A DNA stretch of 64,000 nt from an uncultured Gemmatimonadales bacterium (GTDB lineage Bacteria; Gemmatimonadota; Gemmatimonadetes; Gemmatimonadales; Gemmatimonadaceae), in contig CAVPQB010000001.1 of the NCBI GenBank assembly GCA_963707505.1, positions 147,222-211,221 of the forward strand, read 5' to 3'. Below, one piece after another: positions 1-9,380 of this stretch. Position numbers and translations under genes: made by a program. Position 1 is the stretch's first letter. Each line of letters starts with the position of its first letter. A model generated the notes under the pieces. It saw nothing but the letters and a program-made list of their open reading frames with translations. It had not been told where the DNA came from and did not search any database.

Positions 1-231
1 CACGGGAGGATGATCGGCATGTGTCGCAGGAGCCGATGTTATGTAATCTGATGAAACGACCGGCTGTGACGCCTGCGCGCCGGCGCGCGCCGGCCGTGCA
101 GCAGCAAGAATTGTCGCGGCCGCACCGAGCGCGAGCCGCGAAACTGGGATGGACGATAGAATCGGAAAGGGCACTGGCGACCGTTGGATGATGCATTGAC
201 GGGCCCGCCGGTGCGCGCCCTTCTCGATCAT
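1..231 (-). CDS. 5' part of a probable secreted protein running off the left edge
   Basis: Open minus frame from ATG at 231 to the edge; contains a signal-peptide-like stretch SRLALGAAATILAAARPARAGAQA. Start is uncertain. Confidence 0.5.
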   Translation of the reverse strand, partial: MIEKGAHRRARQCIIQRSPVPFPILSSIPVSRLALGAAATILAAARPARAGAQASQPVVSSDYITSAPATHADHPPV

Positions 232-295
232 GAGATGCTCTGCACGTCAAAAAGGTTTGCTTCATATCGGCCTCTGTCAGCGCGACCCGACGCCG

Positions 296-961
296 TCAGT
301 TCACGATGGATACCGTGAACCCGTCGTAACCCTTCACGCCAACAGTCTGGATTGCCGTGCTCGTCACGAGTGCGCTCGTGGACAGCCTGTCGAAAAACCG
401 GCGTACACCCTGTGTACCCGTATCTTCGGTGTCGTCGTTGATGACATCTCCATCCCGCACGACGTTGTCGACGACGATCATGCTTCCAGCATGCGCGAGC
501 GTGACCGCCCAGTCGAAGTACGCCGGAATGCTCTGCTTGTCGGCGTCGATGAATATCAGATCGAACGGCTCGTGATCTTCGCCAGCCAGTTTTGGAAGCG
601 TGTCGAGTGCACTACCCACGCGCAGATCGACGACGTCTGCGAATCCCGCTCGCGCTATGTTCGCTCTCGCAACGTCGGCGTGCATGGGTTCCTTCTCCAG
701 AGTCACAATCGTTCCTCCAGGAGCGAGACCGCGCGCAAGCCATATCGTGCTGTAGCCGCCGAGCGTACCGATCTCGAGGATCGATTTGGCGCGCAGCGTC
801 ATTGCGAGCAGCTCGAGCAGTTTCCCCTGGGTCGGCGAGACGCTGATCGCCGGCATGTTCGCCGCCGCGGTTGCAGCCTGCGCAGCATCCAGCGCGGGAT
901 CTCGGGGAATCAGTTTCTCCGCGAGGTAGCCGTCGACCGCCGTCCATGTTTCCTGATCCAT
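296..961 (-). CDS. SAM-dependent O-methyltransferase (COMT/CCoAOMT-like)
   Basis: Motifs ILEIGTLGGYS, FDLIFIDADK, IVVDNV; start at MDQETW with GGAG upstream. Confidence 0.9.
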   Translation of the reverse strand: MDQETWTAVDGYLAEKLIPRDPALDAAQAATAAANMPAISVSPTQGKLLELLAMTLRAKSILEIGTLGGYSTIWLARGLAPGGTIVTLEKEPMHADVARANIARAGFADVVDLRVGSALDTLPKLAGEDHEPFDLIFIDADKQSIPAYFDWAVTLAHAGSMIVVDNVVRDGDVINDDTEDTGTQGVRRFFDRLSTSALVTSTAIQTVGVKGYDGFTVSIVN

Positions 962-1245
962 CGTTTTGGCTCCGTAATCGTGATACCAGCCGTGGCGGCC
1001 GGCCGTGTTCAGAGTGAATGTTGCTCGGAAATGCTGCAAAGCCTGGTCCCGCGACCGACGCTCCACACGAAGCGCCGCCGGTGGTCCTGAATCCGGATTT
1101 GCCGGTCCTATGAATGACAGAGGAGGATCGTTGACGCGAGGCAGAGCGAAGATGCTCGCCCTACCCACGCCAGCGATCTGTGATCATCTTATCAATCGGC
1201 ACATACGATGCGTTGCCGCACCTGCAAACGCGAGAGAATCGAAAG

Positions 1246-3180
1246 ATGATTACCAACTTCATGCTCGGCTTCAGCAAGCCGTTGATTGCGAACTCATGGC
1301 TTGCGAAGTCATGGCTCGTTGCTTTGTTGGGCGTCCCGTTGTTTCCGACGCCGACAGCGCAGACGCTCTACATGCCGCGCACCGTCAAGGAAGCGATAAA
1401 AAAGGGGACACGCTCACTCGATGGCCGTCCCGGCGCCAACTACTGGGAGAACCACGGCCGTTACTCGATCTCTCTCACGGTTGCACCGCCCGATCGCACG
1501 ATCAGGGGGACCGAGCAGATCAGCTACTCCAACAACAGCCCGGACACGCTGAAGAGCCTCGTCATCAAGCTGTTCGTCAACATCCACAAGCCGGGAGCGC
1601 CACGGGCGGGCGGCGCGGCAGACGCTTATCTCACATCCGGCGTGCACATAGACTCGTTCTCGGTCAACGGAGCTGCGACTCCGTGGGGCAACGATGCACG
1701 CACCTTCACGTGGAAACGCGTTCCATTGAAGACTCCGCTGATGCCCCATGATTCGGTGAAGCTCGCCTTCGACTGGCACTACGAGATATCACTGGAAGCG
1801 GGTCGAGAAGGAATGATCGACTCGACCACGTATTATCTGGCGTACTTCTACCCGCGCGTTGCTGTCTTCGATGACTACAACGGCTGGGATACGATGGATT
1901 TCACGGACCAGCAGGAGTTCTACAGCGACTTCAACGATTACGATGTGACACTGAACGTCCCCGCGAACTACGTGGTGTGGGGAACCGGCACACTGCTCAA
2001 TGCCGCTGATGTGCTGCAACCAGCGGTGCTTCAACGCTTCAATAACTCGCTCACGTCTGACCAGGTGATCCATGTCGCGACCAGAGAGCAGATGGCCGGC
2101 GACAGCATCACCGTGCAGAAACCGACGAACGCGTGGCACTTCAGGGCCAGCAACATCCCCGACATGGCCTTCGCAGTCAGCAACCACTACGACTGGGATG
2201 CCGCCAGCGTAATCGTCGATGACGCAGCACACCGTCGCGCCAGCGTGCAGTCGGCGTTCAATGACACGGCCGCCGATTACCATCACATGGTGAGCTTCGG
2301 CCAGCATGCGCTCGACTGGCTGTCGCACAACTGGCCAGGCGTTCCGTACCCGTACGAGAAGACGACGATCGTGCAGGGCTCCGCCGACATGGAATATCCC
2401 ATGATGGTCAACGACGGCAGTACGCCCGACACTGTGTTCTCCCGCTTCGTCGTTGAGCACGAGATCGCACACACGTACTTCCCGTTCTACATGGGGACCA
2501 ACGAGACGCGATACGGCTTCATGGACGAGGGCTGGGCAACGACCTTTGAATACCTCATTGGAACCGCGGACCTTGGCAAGGAACGTGCTTCTACCTTCTT
2601 CCAGCAATTTCGTGTCAACGGCTGGATCCACGATCCGTCGCCCCTCGAAGACCTGCCGATCGTTACGCCTGGTGACGTGCTCAAGGGTGTGGCATACGGC
2701 AATAATGCGTACGGCAAGCCTGCACTTGGTTACCTGGCCATGAAGGACCTGCTTGGCGACGCGCAATTCAAGAAGTGTCTGCAGGCGTACATGGATCGCT
2801 GGCACGGCAAGCACCCGTCGCCGTGGGATTTCTTCAACACGTTCAGCAACGTATCCGGGAAGAATCTGAACTGGTTCTGGAATGACTGGTACTTCAGCAA
2901 CAACTACATCGATCTCGCAGTCGCGAGTGTCACCAGGGCCCGCAACGGTTATTCTGTCGTGATTGACAACATCGGTGGTATGGATGCTCCGGTCGACATC
3001 CGCGTGAAGTACACGGATGGTGATTCGGCGACGTTCCATCAGACGCCCGCGATCTGGGAAGCCAATCAACAGAAGGCGACCGTCACGATCCCGACAACCA
3101 GGACTGTCAGCTCGCTCGATCTCGACGGCGGGATCTGGATGGATGCAGACACCACGAACAACAAGTGGACGCGCAAGTAG
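1246..3180 (+). CDS. Secreted M1 family metallo-aminopeptidase
   Basis: Signal-like N-terminus, MEYPM, HEIAHTYF (HExxH) and downstream DEG glutamate. Confidence 0.9.
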   Translation: MITNFMLGFSKPLIANSWLAKSWLVALLGVPLFPTPTAQTLYMPRTVKEAIKKGTRSLDGRPGANYWENHGRYSISLTVAPPDRTIRGTEQISYSNNSPDTLKSLVIKLFVNIHKPGAPRAGGAADAYLTSGVHIDSFSVNGAATPWGNDARTFTWKRVPLKTPLMPHDSVKLAFDWHYEISLEAGREGMIDSTTYYLAYFYPRVAVFDDYNGWDTMDFTDQQEFYSDFNDYDVTLNVPANYVVWGTGTLLNAADVLQPAVLQRFNNSLTSDQVIHVATREQMAGDSITVQKPTNAWHFRASNIPDMAFAVSNHYDWDAASVIVDDAAHRRASVQSAFNDTAADYHHMVSFGQHALDWLSHNWPGVPYPYEKTTIVQGSADMEYPMMVNDGSTPDTVFSRFVVEHEIAHTYFPFYMGTNETRYGFMDEGWATTFEYLIGTADLGKERASTFFQQFRVNGWIHDPSPLEDLPIVTPGDVLKGVAYGNNAYGKPALGYLAMKDLLGDAQFKKCLQAYMDRWHGKHPSPWDFFNTFSNVSGKNLNWFWNDWYFSNNYIDLAVASVTRARNGYSVVIDNIGGMDAPVDIRVKYTDGDSATFHQTPAIWEANQQKATVTIPTTRTVSSLDLDGGIWMDADTTNNKWTRK

Positions 3181-3190
3181 TGCTGATATT

Positions 3191-5263
3191 ATGAGCACGC
3201 CCTCCGCACGCGTGAATCCGTTCTTCACCGCGAGCACGTTGCCATTCCAGGCGCCGCGCTTCGATGAGATTCAGGAGGCTGACTACCAGCCCGCAATCGA
3301 GGAAGGAATGCGCCAGCAGATGGTGGAGATCGCTCGGATCATCGACGATCCTGCTCCTCCTACGTTCGAGAATACGCTGGTGGAGCTGGAGAAGTCTGGC
3401 GAATTGTTGAGTCGCGTAATGCATGTATTCAGCGCGATTACCGGTGCCAACACGAGCGACTTCCTGCAACAGGTCCAGGAAGATGTTGCACCCAAACTCG
3501 CGGCTCACGAGGATGCGATCTATCTCGATCGCCGGCTTTTCGAGCGAGTGGAATCGATCTACAATCAGCGCGATACCCTGACTCTCGACGCAGAGTCGCG
3601 CCGCCTGCTCGACTGGTACTACAACGACGTCTTCGTGCAGAAGGGTGCCAGACTTTCCGAGCCTGACAAGGCGGCCCTCATGGCGCTGAACAAGGAGGCG
3701 TCGACACTCGAGACTGCGTTCGTCAACAAGCTGCTTGCCGCAGCCAAGGCCGGCGCGTTGGCACTGCGCGATCGTAATGCACTCACAGGCATGAGCGACG
3801 CCGAGATCGCGGCAGCGGAACGAGCGGCGCACGAGCGTAATCTCGACAACACGTGGCTCATCCCGCTGCACAACACGACCCAGCAACCGGCACTTCTACC
3901 GCTGAAGAACCGTGACGTACGAAAGCAGTTGTTCGACGCGTCATATACACGCACCGAAAGAGGCGATGCGAACGATACGCGCGGCCTCATCGCGCGGCTT
4001 GCGCAGATCCGGGCCTCGCAGGCGAAACTGCTGGGCCATCCCAGCTACGCCGAGTGGGCATTGCAGGATCAGATGGCCAGGACTCCCGAAGCGGCGTTGA
4101 AGTTCGTCCGCGATCTGGTTCCTGCCGCTACCGCCAACGCACGCGCGGAAGGCGACGCGATCCAGGCGATCATCGACGGCGATGGTGAGTCGTTCCAGCT
4201 GGAGCCGTGGGATTGGGAGCACTATGCAGAACGTGTCCGTAGAGCGAAATACGATCTCGACGAGGAGCAGATCAAGCAGTACTTCGAGCTGGATTGCGTG
4301 CTGAGGAACGGCGTATTCTACGCGGCGACTCGTTTGTACGGCATCACGTTCAGGGAGCGCGATGATCTTCCAGTGTATCATCCGGATGTACGCGTATTCG
4401 AGGTGAGTGATACTGATGGATCGCCGCTGACACTCTTCTACTGCGACTTCTTCGCTCGAGAGAACAAGAACGGTGGCGCGTGGATGGATAGCCTTGTCAC
4501 GCAATCGAAGCTGCTCGGTGCAAAGCCCGTGATCTACAACGTCGGGAACTTCACGAAGCCCGCGTCAGGGGAGCCGGCGTTGATCAGCTTTGACGACGTC
4601 ACGACAATGTTCCACGAATTCGGTCACGCCCTGCATGGATTTTTTGCGGACCAGCAATACCCGAGCCTGTCGGGAACCAGCGTTGCGCGTGACTTCGTCG
4701 AGCTTCCATCCCAGTTCAACGAGCACTGGGCGACCGAGCCGACGGTATTTGCGAACTACGCGAAGCATCATGACAGTGGCGAGCCCATGCCTCAGGATCT
4801 CACGGAAAAGATCAAGCAGGCCGAGAAGTTCAATCAGGGCTACCGCCTGACTGAGGTGCTGGCGGCGGCGTTGCTCGACATGGCATGGCACACTCTCCCG
4901 GCAGATGCGCCACTCATGGACGTCGATGCTTTCGAGACGCAGGCATTGAGCGACAACGACGTCAACCTGCGTACCGTTCCGCCGCGCTACCGCTCCAGCT
5001 ACTTCATGCACATCTGGTCAAACGGCTACTCGGCCGGCTACTACGCATATCTGTGGGCAGAGATGCTGGACGCGGACGCGTACGAGTGGTTCGAGGAGAA
5101 CGGCGGGCTCAGGCGCGAGAACGGCGATCGCTTCCGCGCCATGATTCTATCGCGGGGTAATACAGAGGATCTCGCCACGATGTATCGTGCGTTCCGCGGC
5201 CGCGACCCACGTATCGAGCCAATGCTCGCGGAACGTGGATTGCTTGCCGCTGAAACGCAGTAG
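3191..5263 (+). CDS. dcp: M3 family peptidyl-dipeptidase Dcp
   Basis: NPFFTASTLPFQAPRF N-terminus, K-x-GGAWM, FHEFGHALH, DFVELPSQ, GYSAGYYAY. Confidence 0.9.
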   Translation: MSTPSARVNPFFTASTLPFQAPRFDEIQEADYQPAIEEGMRQQMVEIARIIDDPAPPTFENTLVELEKSGELLSRVMHVFSAITGANTSDFLQQVQEDVAPKLAAHEDAIYLDRRLFERVESIYNQRDTLTLDAESRRLLDWYYNDVFVQKGARLSEPDKAALMALNKEASTLETAFVNKLLAAAKAGALALRDRNALTGMSDAEIAAAERAAHERNLDNTWLIPLHNTTQQPALLPLKNRDVRKQLFDASYTRTERGDANDTRGLIARLAQIRASQAKLLGHPSYAEWALQDQMARTPEAALKFVRDLVPAATANARAEGDAIQAIIDGDGESFQLEPWDWEHYAERVRRAKYDLDEEQIKQYFELDCVLRNGVFYAATRLYGITFRERDDLPVYHPDVRVFEVSDTDGSPLTLFYCDFFARENKNGGAWMDSLVTQSKLLGAKPVIYNVGNFTKPASGEPALISFDDVTTMFHEFGHALHGFFADQQYPSLSGTSVARDFVELPSQFNEHWATEPTVFANYAKHHDSGEPMPQDLTEKIKQAEKFNQGYRLTEVLAAALLDMAWHTLPADAPLMDVDAFETQALSDNDVNLRTVPPRYRSSYFMHIWSNGYSAGYYAYLWAEMLDADAYEWFEENGGLRRENGDRFRAMILSRGNTEDLATMYRAFRGRDPRIEPMLAERGLLAAETQ

Positions 5264-5290
5264 CGAAACGCAGTAGCGAAACGCAGTAGT
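5252..5290 (+). repeat. Tandem 13-bp repeat x3 (GAAACGCAGTAGC) spanning the dcp stop
   Basis: Read directly from the sequence; last base of the third copy differs. Confidence 0.9.
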
Positions 5291-5303
5291 GAGCTGACTT
5301 TAT

Positions 5304-6764
5304 TTATTTAACGCGCCAGATGTCCAGTGTACCCGTGGTGCTGTGATCGTTGGAGCTACCTTCAGGCAGTGCGATTCTTCCATCGACGACGATCGGACTG
5401 TTCCAGTGACCACCACCGGCGTCGAGGCTTGCGATCTGCTTACCGGTGGTCGGTTCGTACACCACCAGACCGCCCTTCGGATTGTACACGTACAGCAGGC
5501 CGCCGGCGATAACAGGGCTGGTGCCGCCCGTACCGTTCTGCCACATCGATTGAAGCTTGCCGTTGCTCAAGCTCCATGCGGCTGTTCCGCTTCCGTCCGC
5601 GACGAACATCGACGTATTCGAGCCGCTGTGTAGAACAGCTGGTGCAGTGAAGAGTCGCGCACTTCCTGGCGTCTGAATCACCTGAAGCTCGCCACCCTTG
5701 TGAGCTGTCGCACCGCCCATCACCTTCGGATTCAGCAATCTGATCGTGCCATCCTTGCCGCCCTGAGCCACGTAGCCGTCTCCAAGCAGCACCGGCGACG
5801 TCGATCCCACATCCCCATCGGTCGCGTCCAGTTGATCGGTATTCGACGGCGTGTAATTGCCGACCAGAGCAGTCGCCGTAGGGTTGAGCTCGAGCGTCGC
5901 ATCGCCCCAGTACGTCTTGCCATCCCATTTCGCGTTGCCCGTAGCGACAAAAATGTTGCCGGTAGTGGTGTCAATCACGGCACCTGCGCGGCCCCAGATC
6001 GCGGAGTCACTTTCGGGACAGGATTTCGGGTCGATCAGTACCGTTTGATCGCTGCACAGGGAATTCCATACGTGCAGCAGATTGCCGCTCGCGCCATCAA
6101 GAATTGCAACGTGACCCTGATAGGGTGGCGCATCTCCGATGTAGCCACCGGTCACGGCGATCACGTTTCCGTGAAAGAAGTTCAGCGACGATGCGATCTT
6201 CTCCCGCTCCGGAAGCTTTGTAATTGCAGTGCTCCAGACGGAGTGCCCGTCGGATACTGCGAGCTTCTGGATGTGTCCATCAGGCGATGCCGCGTAGATG
6301 AACTGCCGGCTCGGGTCTGCCACCGGTGTCGCGGTAGTGATCTGTCGAGAGCCGGCCCAACCGCTGTAACCGGACGGTGTGTACGTCCAGAGTACCTTGC
6401 CGCTGTCGGCGTCTATTGCCAGCGTCTTGCCGTACGTAGTGGTGACAAAGAACACATCATGGGTGCCACCGCTCACACTCGCGCCGTGCAGGTAGATGGC
6501 CGACGCGTCGACGGTTCCGTCTATCGAAACCTGTTGCTTCTTGAGCGATGCGACGTTGGCTGCGGTTATTCCCGTCGACGCGGGGTCGACACTCGAGCGT
6601 TCAACGTCGAACCCGAACTGCGTCCAGTCCTGATGGGTCGCGGCAGGTGCGACAGCGGCGGTAGAGTCGCCTGGAGCTGTGGCTGTACTCGCAGGCGCGT
6701 GCTCGGCCGACCCGCCACTGCAAGCGGCCAATATGAGGGAACAGATGGCCAGGAGGTGGTGCAT
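5304..6764 (-). CDS. PQQ-binding-like beta-propeller lipoprotein
   Basis: Lipobox ILAAC; repeated A-x-D-x-x-G-x-x-x-W blades; AIWGRAG and ATGN motifs. Confidence 0.8.
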   Translation of the reverse strand: MHHLLAICSLILAACSGGSAEHAPASTATAPGDSTAAVAPAATHQDWTQFGFDVERSSVDPASTGITAANVASLKKQQVSIDGTVDASAIYLHGASVSGGTHDVFFVTTTYGKTLAIDADSGKVLWTYTPSGYSGWAGSRQITTATPVADPSRQFIYAASPDGHIQKLAVSDGHSVWSTAITKLPEREKIASSLNFFHGNVIAVTGGYIGDAPPYQGHVAILDGASGNLLHVWNSLCSDQTVLIDPKSCPESDSAIWGRAGAVIDTTTGNIFVATGNAKWDGKTYWGDATLELNPTATALVGNYTPSNTDQLDATDGDVGSTSPVLLGDGYVAQGGKDGTIRLLNPKVMGGATAHKGGELQVIQTPGSARLFTAPAVLHSGSNTSMFVADGSGTAAWSLSNGKLQSMWQNGTGGTSPVIAGGLLYVYNPKGGLVVYEPTTGKQIASLDAGGGHWNSPIVVDGRIALPEGSSNDHSTTGTLDIWRVK

Positions 6765-6894
6765 TTCGCCTCGGTCGCGAACGTGCCGCGGTTGAGTTGG
6801 TTTACGAACCACAGAAGTCATTTAGTGCACAGATGCATCATGCATCGAAACTGCATTGGCCGTGCCGATGGTCGTTCGATGTCATCCCGTCCCC

Positions 6895-7944
6895 TCAATC
6901 CTCTGACCCGAGCCACTTCCTCACCATTTCCGCGACGCGTTCGGCGGCCGGTGGGTCCTGGTTGGCAAGTACAATCACGTCGTAGCCGCCTGGTAGGTTG
7001 CCTTCGACATCGCCGTTGAGTCCACCTGATCCACCCGCAGCCCCCAAATCCGCGGGCGGCCCTGACTCGATCCTGTGCGCGCGCAGAGCCTGGAGAAAGG
7101 CGAGCAGGTCGTGCGCCGTGGAATAGCCGCCGCCAGCTGAGCTGCCACGTCCCGGCAGTTCAGCGCTGTTGCGATGAAGAGGTATTTTGGCCGATCCCGT
7201 TTCATCGCTATTGGTATATCCGATCGCCGTATTCGGTGGCAGCGAATCAACCTCGTACGAAGCGGTTCGCGTCATTCCGGCCGGTTCGAATATGTGGCGC
7301 TGAACGTAAGTGTAGTAATCTTCGCCCGATATTCGTTCGATCAGCAGGCCTAGTACTACGTATCCGGCATTCGAGTACGCGGTGCGCGTGCCGGGTTCGA
7401 ATTGCATCGGTGCGTCGACGAAGAGCGGGAGGTAACTCCCGAGCGTACGAATGTCATTTCGTTTTCCACTCGCTGGCGCAGCGAAGATGTTGCCACCGAT
7501 TCCCGATGTATGTCGCAACAGCTGCCGAATTGTCACCTTGCGGGCGACTTCCTGATTCGGATAATCTGGCCAATACTTCGCGAGCGTGGAATCAAGGTCG
7601 AGCTTGCCACCGTCGCGAAGTTGCATGATCGCGATTTGCGTGAAGATCTTGTTGATTGAGCCAATGTTGAACGCAGTTTCCAGATTGTTCTGTCGCCCGG
7701 CTTCACGGTCGGCCATGCCGTATGCGCGCTGAAATACCGGAACACCATTTTTCGCAAGCAGTGCCACACCGGAGAACTCGCCAAGTCCTGCCAGACTGTC
7801 GAGTGAATGGGACAGGCGACTGATCAGCGCTGGCTGGGATACTGCTGGCGGTCGGATCCGCGGTGCTGAGGGCTGCTGAGCACCGAGGAATTGTGACCCG
7901 ACGACGAGCATCACCGCGATGATGGAACGGAATGAATCAGGCAT
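6895..7944 (-). CDS. Serine hydrolase, beta-lactamase class C-like
   Basis: Signal peptide, SxxK (GSINK), LLRHTSG, YSN. Confidence 0.88.
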   Translation of the reverse strand: MPDSFRSIIAVMLVVGSQFLGAQQPSAPRIRPPAVSQPALISRLSHSLDSLAGLGEFSGVALLAKNGVPVFQRAYGMADREAGRQNNLETAFNIGSINKIFTQIAIMQLRDGGKLDLDSTLAKYWPDYPNQEVARKVTIRQLLRHTSGIGGNIFAAPASGKRNDIRTLGSYLPLFVDAPMQFEPGTRTAYSNAGYVVLGLLIERISGEDYYTYVQRHIFEPAGMTRTASYEVDSLPPNTAIGYTNSDETGSAKIPLHRNSAELPGRGSSAGGGYSTAHDLLAFLQALRAHRIESGPPADLGAAGGSGGLNGDVEGNLPGGYDVIVLANQDPPAAERVAEMVRKWLGSED

Positions 7945-8019
7945 GGAGAATTGTTACCTGCCGCCTCCGGATTGGGTCCGGTACCAGGGTTGCGCAATAA
8001 CCTGCGATGCCCTGGCTCG

Positions 8020-8532
8020 CTACTCCCCCAGCACCGGTTCGTACTCCGTGACGACGGGCGGCTCCAGATGACTCTCGCGCGACAACACTCGTGCGCACGT
8101 ATTCCAGCGCAAGATCGAGTCGTCGTTCTCCGGCGGACGAATCGCCTCGGCCTTCTCGTACCACTCCATCGCCTCGCGGAAGGCATTGTATGCCATTGTG
8201 CTGCTACCCATTGCCACGCGACGCAATAGCTCCTGACCATGTCGTTCCGATGCAATGCCGGTATAGTACGCGCGCTGATACGGATCTGTGAGACGCGACA
8301 GGGCGTCGCGTACGTCGTGCGTCACGCGGCCATGTCCCGCAGCAAGTTGATCCGTGAGAGCCAACACCAACATCACTATCACCTGTTGATTGTCGGGCTC
8401 TATCGCGAGAATATCTCGGCAGATGCTCTCGGCCGCCCATGATTCGTTGAGCAGCCTGTAGCGTTCTGCCTTCTGAAGAGCGCCGGGAATCGCCGCCCGC
8501 GAAATCGGCTTCAGTTCGAATTTCTCCGTCAT
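8020..8532 (-). CDS. Helical/TPR-like hypothetical protein coupled to sdhB
   Basis: Start overlaps the sdhB stop (ATGA); TPR-like segments DILAIEPDNQQV and AMEWYEKAEAIRPPEN. Confidence 0.75.
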   Translation of the reverse strand: MTEKFELKPISRAAIPGALQKAERYRLLNESWAAESICRDILAIEPDNQQVIVMLVLALTDQLAAGHGRVTHDVRDALSRLTDPYQRAYYTGIASERHGQELLRRVAMGSSTMAYNAFREAMEWYEKAEAIRPPENDDSILRWNTCARVLSRESHLEPPVVTEYEPVLGE

Positions 8533-9380
8533 GACGAGACCCTCGCTGGTTCCTTGTGACGAAACAGATTGACGAGCTTGTGCAGCGGATCGTAGTGCTG
8601 ATCGACGACACGCTCCTTGAGCGGAATTATCGCGTTGTCAGTGATCGTGATGTTTTCGGGACAGACCTTGGTGCAGCACTTGGTAATGTTGCAGTAACCG
8701 ATGTTGTGCTTGTCCTTGAGATCGCCGGTGCGGTCCAGCACGTCGAGTGGATGCATCTCCAGCTGTGCCGCATGCACGAGCAATCGCGGCCCTACGAATT
8801 CATCATGCAGGTGATGATCGCGTAACACGTGACACACGTCCTGACACAGGAAGCACTCGATGCACTTCCGGAATTCCTGAATCCTGTCGACGTCGCTCTG
8901 CGCCATGCGCCACGTTCCGTCAGGTGCATCCGGCGCGCGCGGCGTGAATTGTCTGATGCGCTGCTTCTGTCTGAAGTTCGAAGAAACGTCGGTAACCAGA
9001 TCACGCACGAGCGGAAATGCACGCATCGGCTCGATGGTTATCGGCTTCTCGAGGTCGAGCTGATTCAAGCGAGTCATGCACATGAGACGCGGCATGCCGT
9101 TGATCTCGGCAGAGCACGATCCGCACTTGCCCGCCTTGCAGTTCCACCGGACCGCCAGATCGTTCGCGCTCTCCGACTGAATCTGATGGATCGCGTCCAG
9201 CACGACCATTCCATCCGATACGGCGGTTCGGTATTCCTCGAAGCGTCCGGACGTGCCGTCGCCACGCCATACCTGAAATACGATGCTCTGCGCGATAGTT
9301 CCGGCGCTCTCGTTGCTCCTCGCAGCAGCACGCGCTCCACTCTCGGCGACATCGCGCGTCTGTGATCCCGTAGCGGTCAT
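8529..9380 (-). CDS. sdhB: Succinate dehydrogenase/fumarate reductase Fe-S subunit
   Basis: CKAGKCGSC, CIECFLCQDVC, CNITKCCTKVC cluster motifs. Confidence 0.95.
   Translation of the reverse strand: MTATGSQTRDVAESGARAAARSNESAGTIAQSIVFQVWRGDGTSGRFEEYRTAVSDGMVVLDAIHQIQSESANDLAVRWNCKAGKCGSCSAEINGMPRLMCMTRLNQLDLEKPITIEPMRAFPLVRDLVTDVSSNFRQKQRIRQFTPRAPDAPDGTWRMAQSDVDRIQEFRKCIECFLCQDVCHVLRDHHLHDEFVGPRLLVHAAQLEMHPLDVLDRTGDLKDKHNIGYCNITKCCTKVCPENITITDNAIIPLKERVVDQHYDPLHKLVNLFRHKEPARVSS

Noticed and set aside
1789..3237. Long antisense ORFs (also 5700..7019, 11108..12403, 22663..23820, 43705..44691)
   Set aside because: These are shadow frames typical of high-GC coding DNA, opposite well-supported genes, with no recognisable motifs.
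6895..7944. Beta-lactam resistance locus (two serine hydrolases plus BlaI/M56)
   Set aside because: The genes are far apart, the hydrolases are generic family members, and the M56 protein lacks a penicillin-binding domain.
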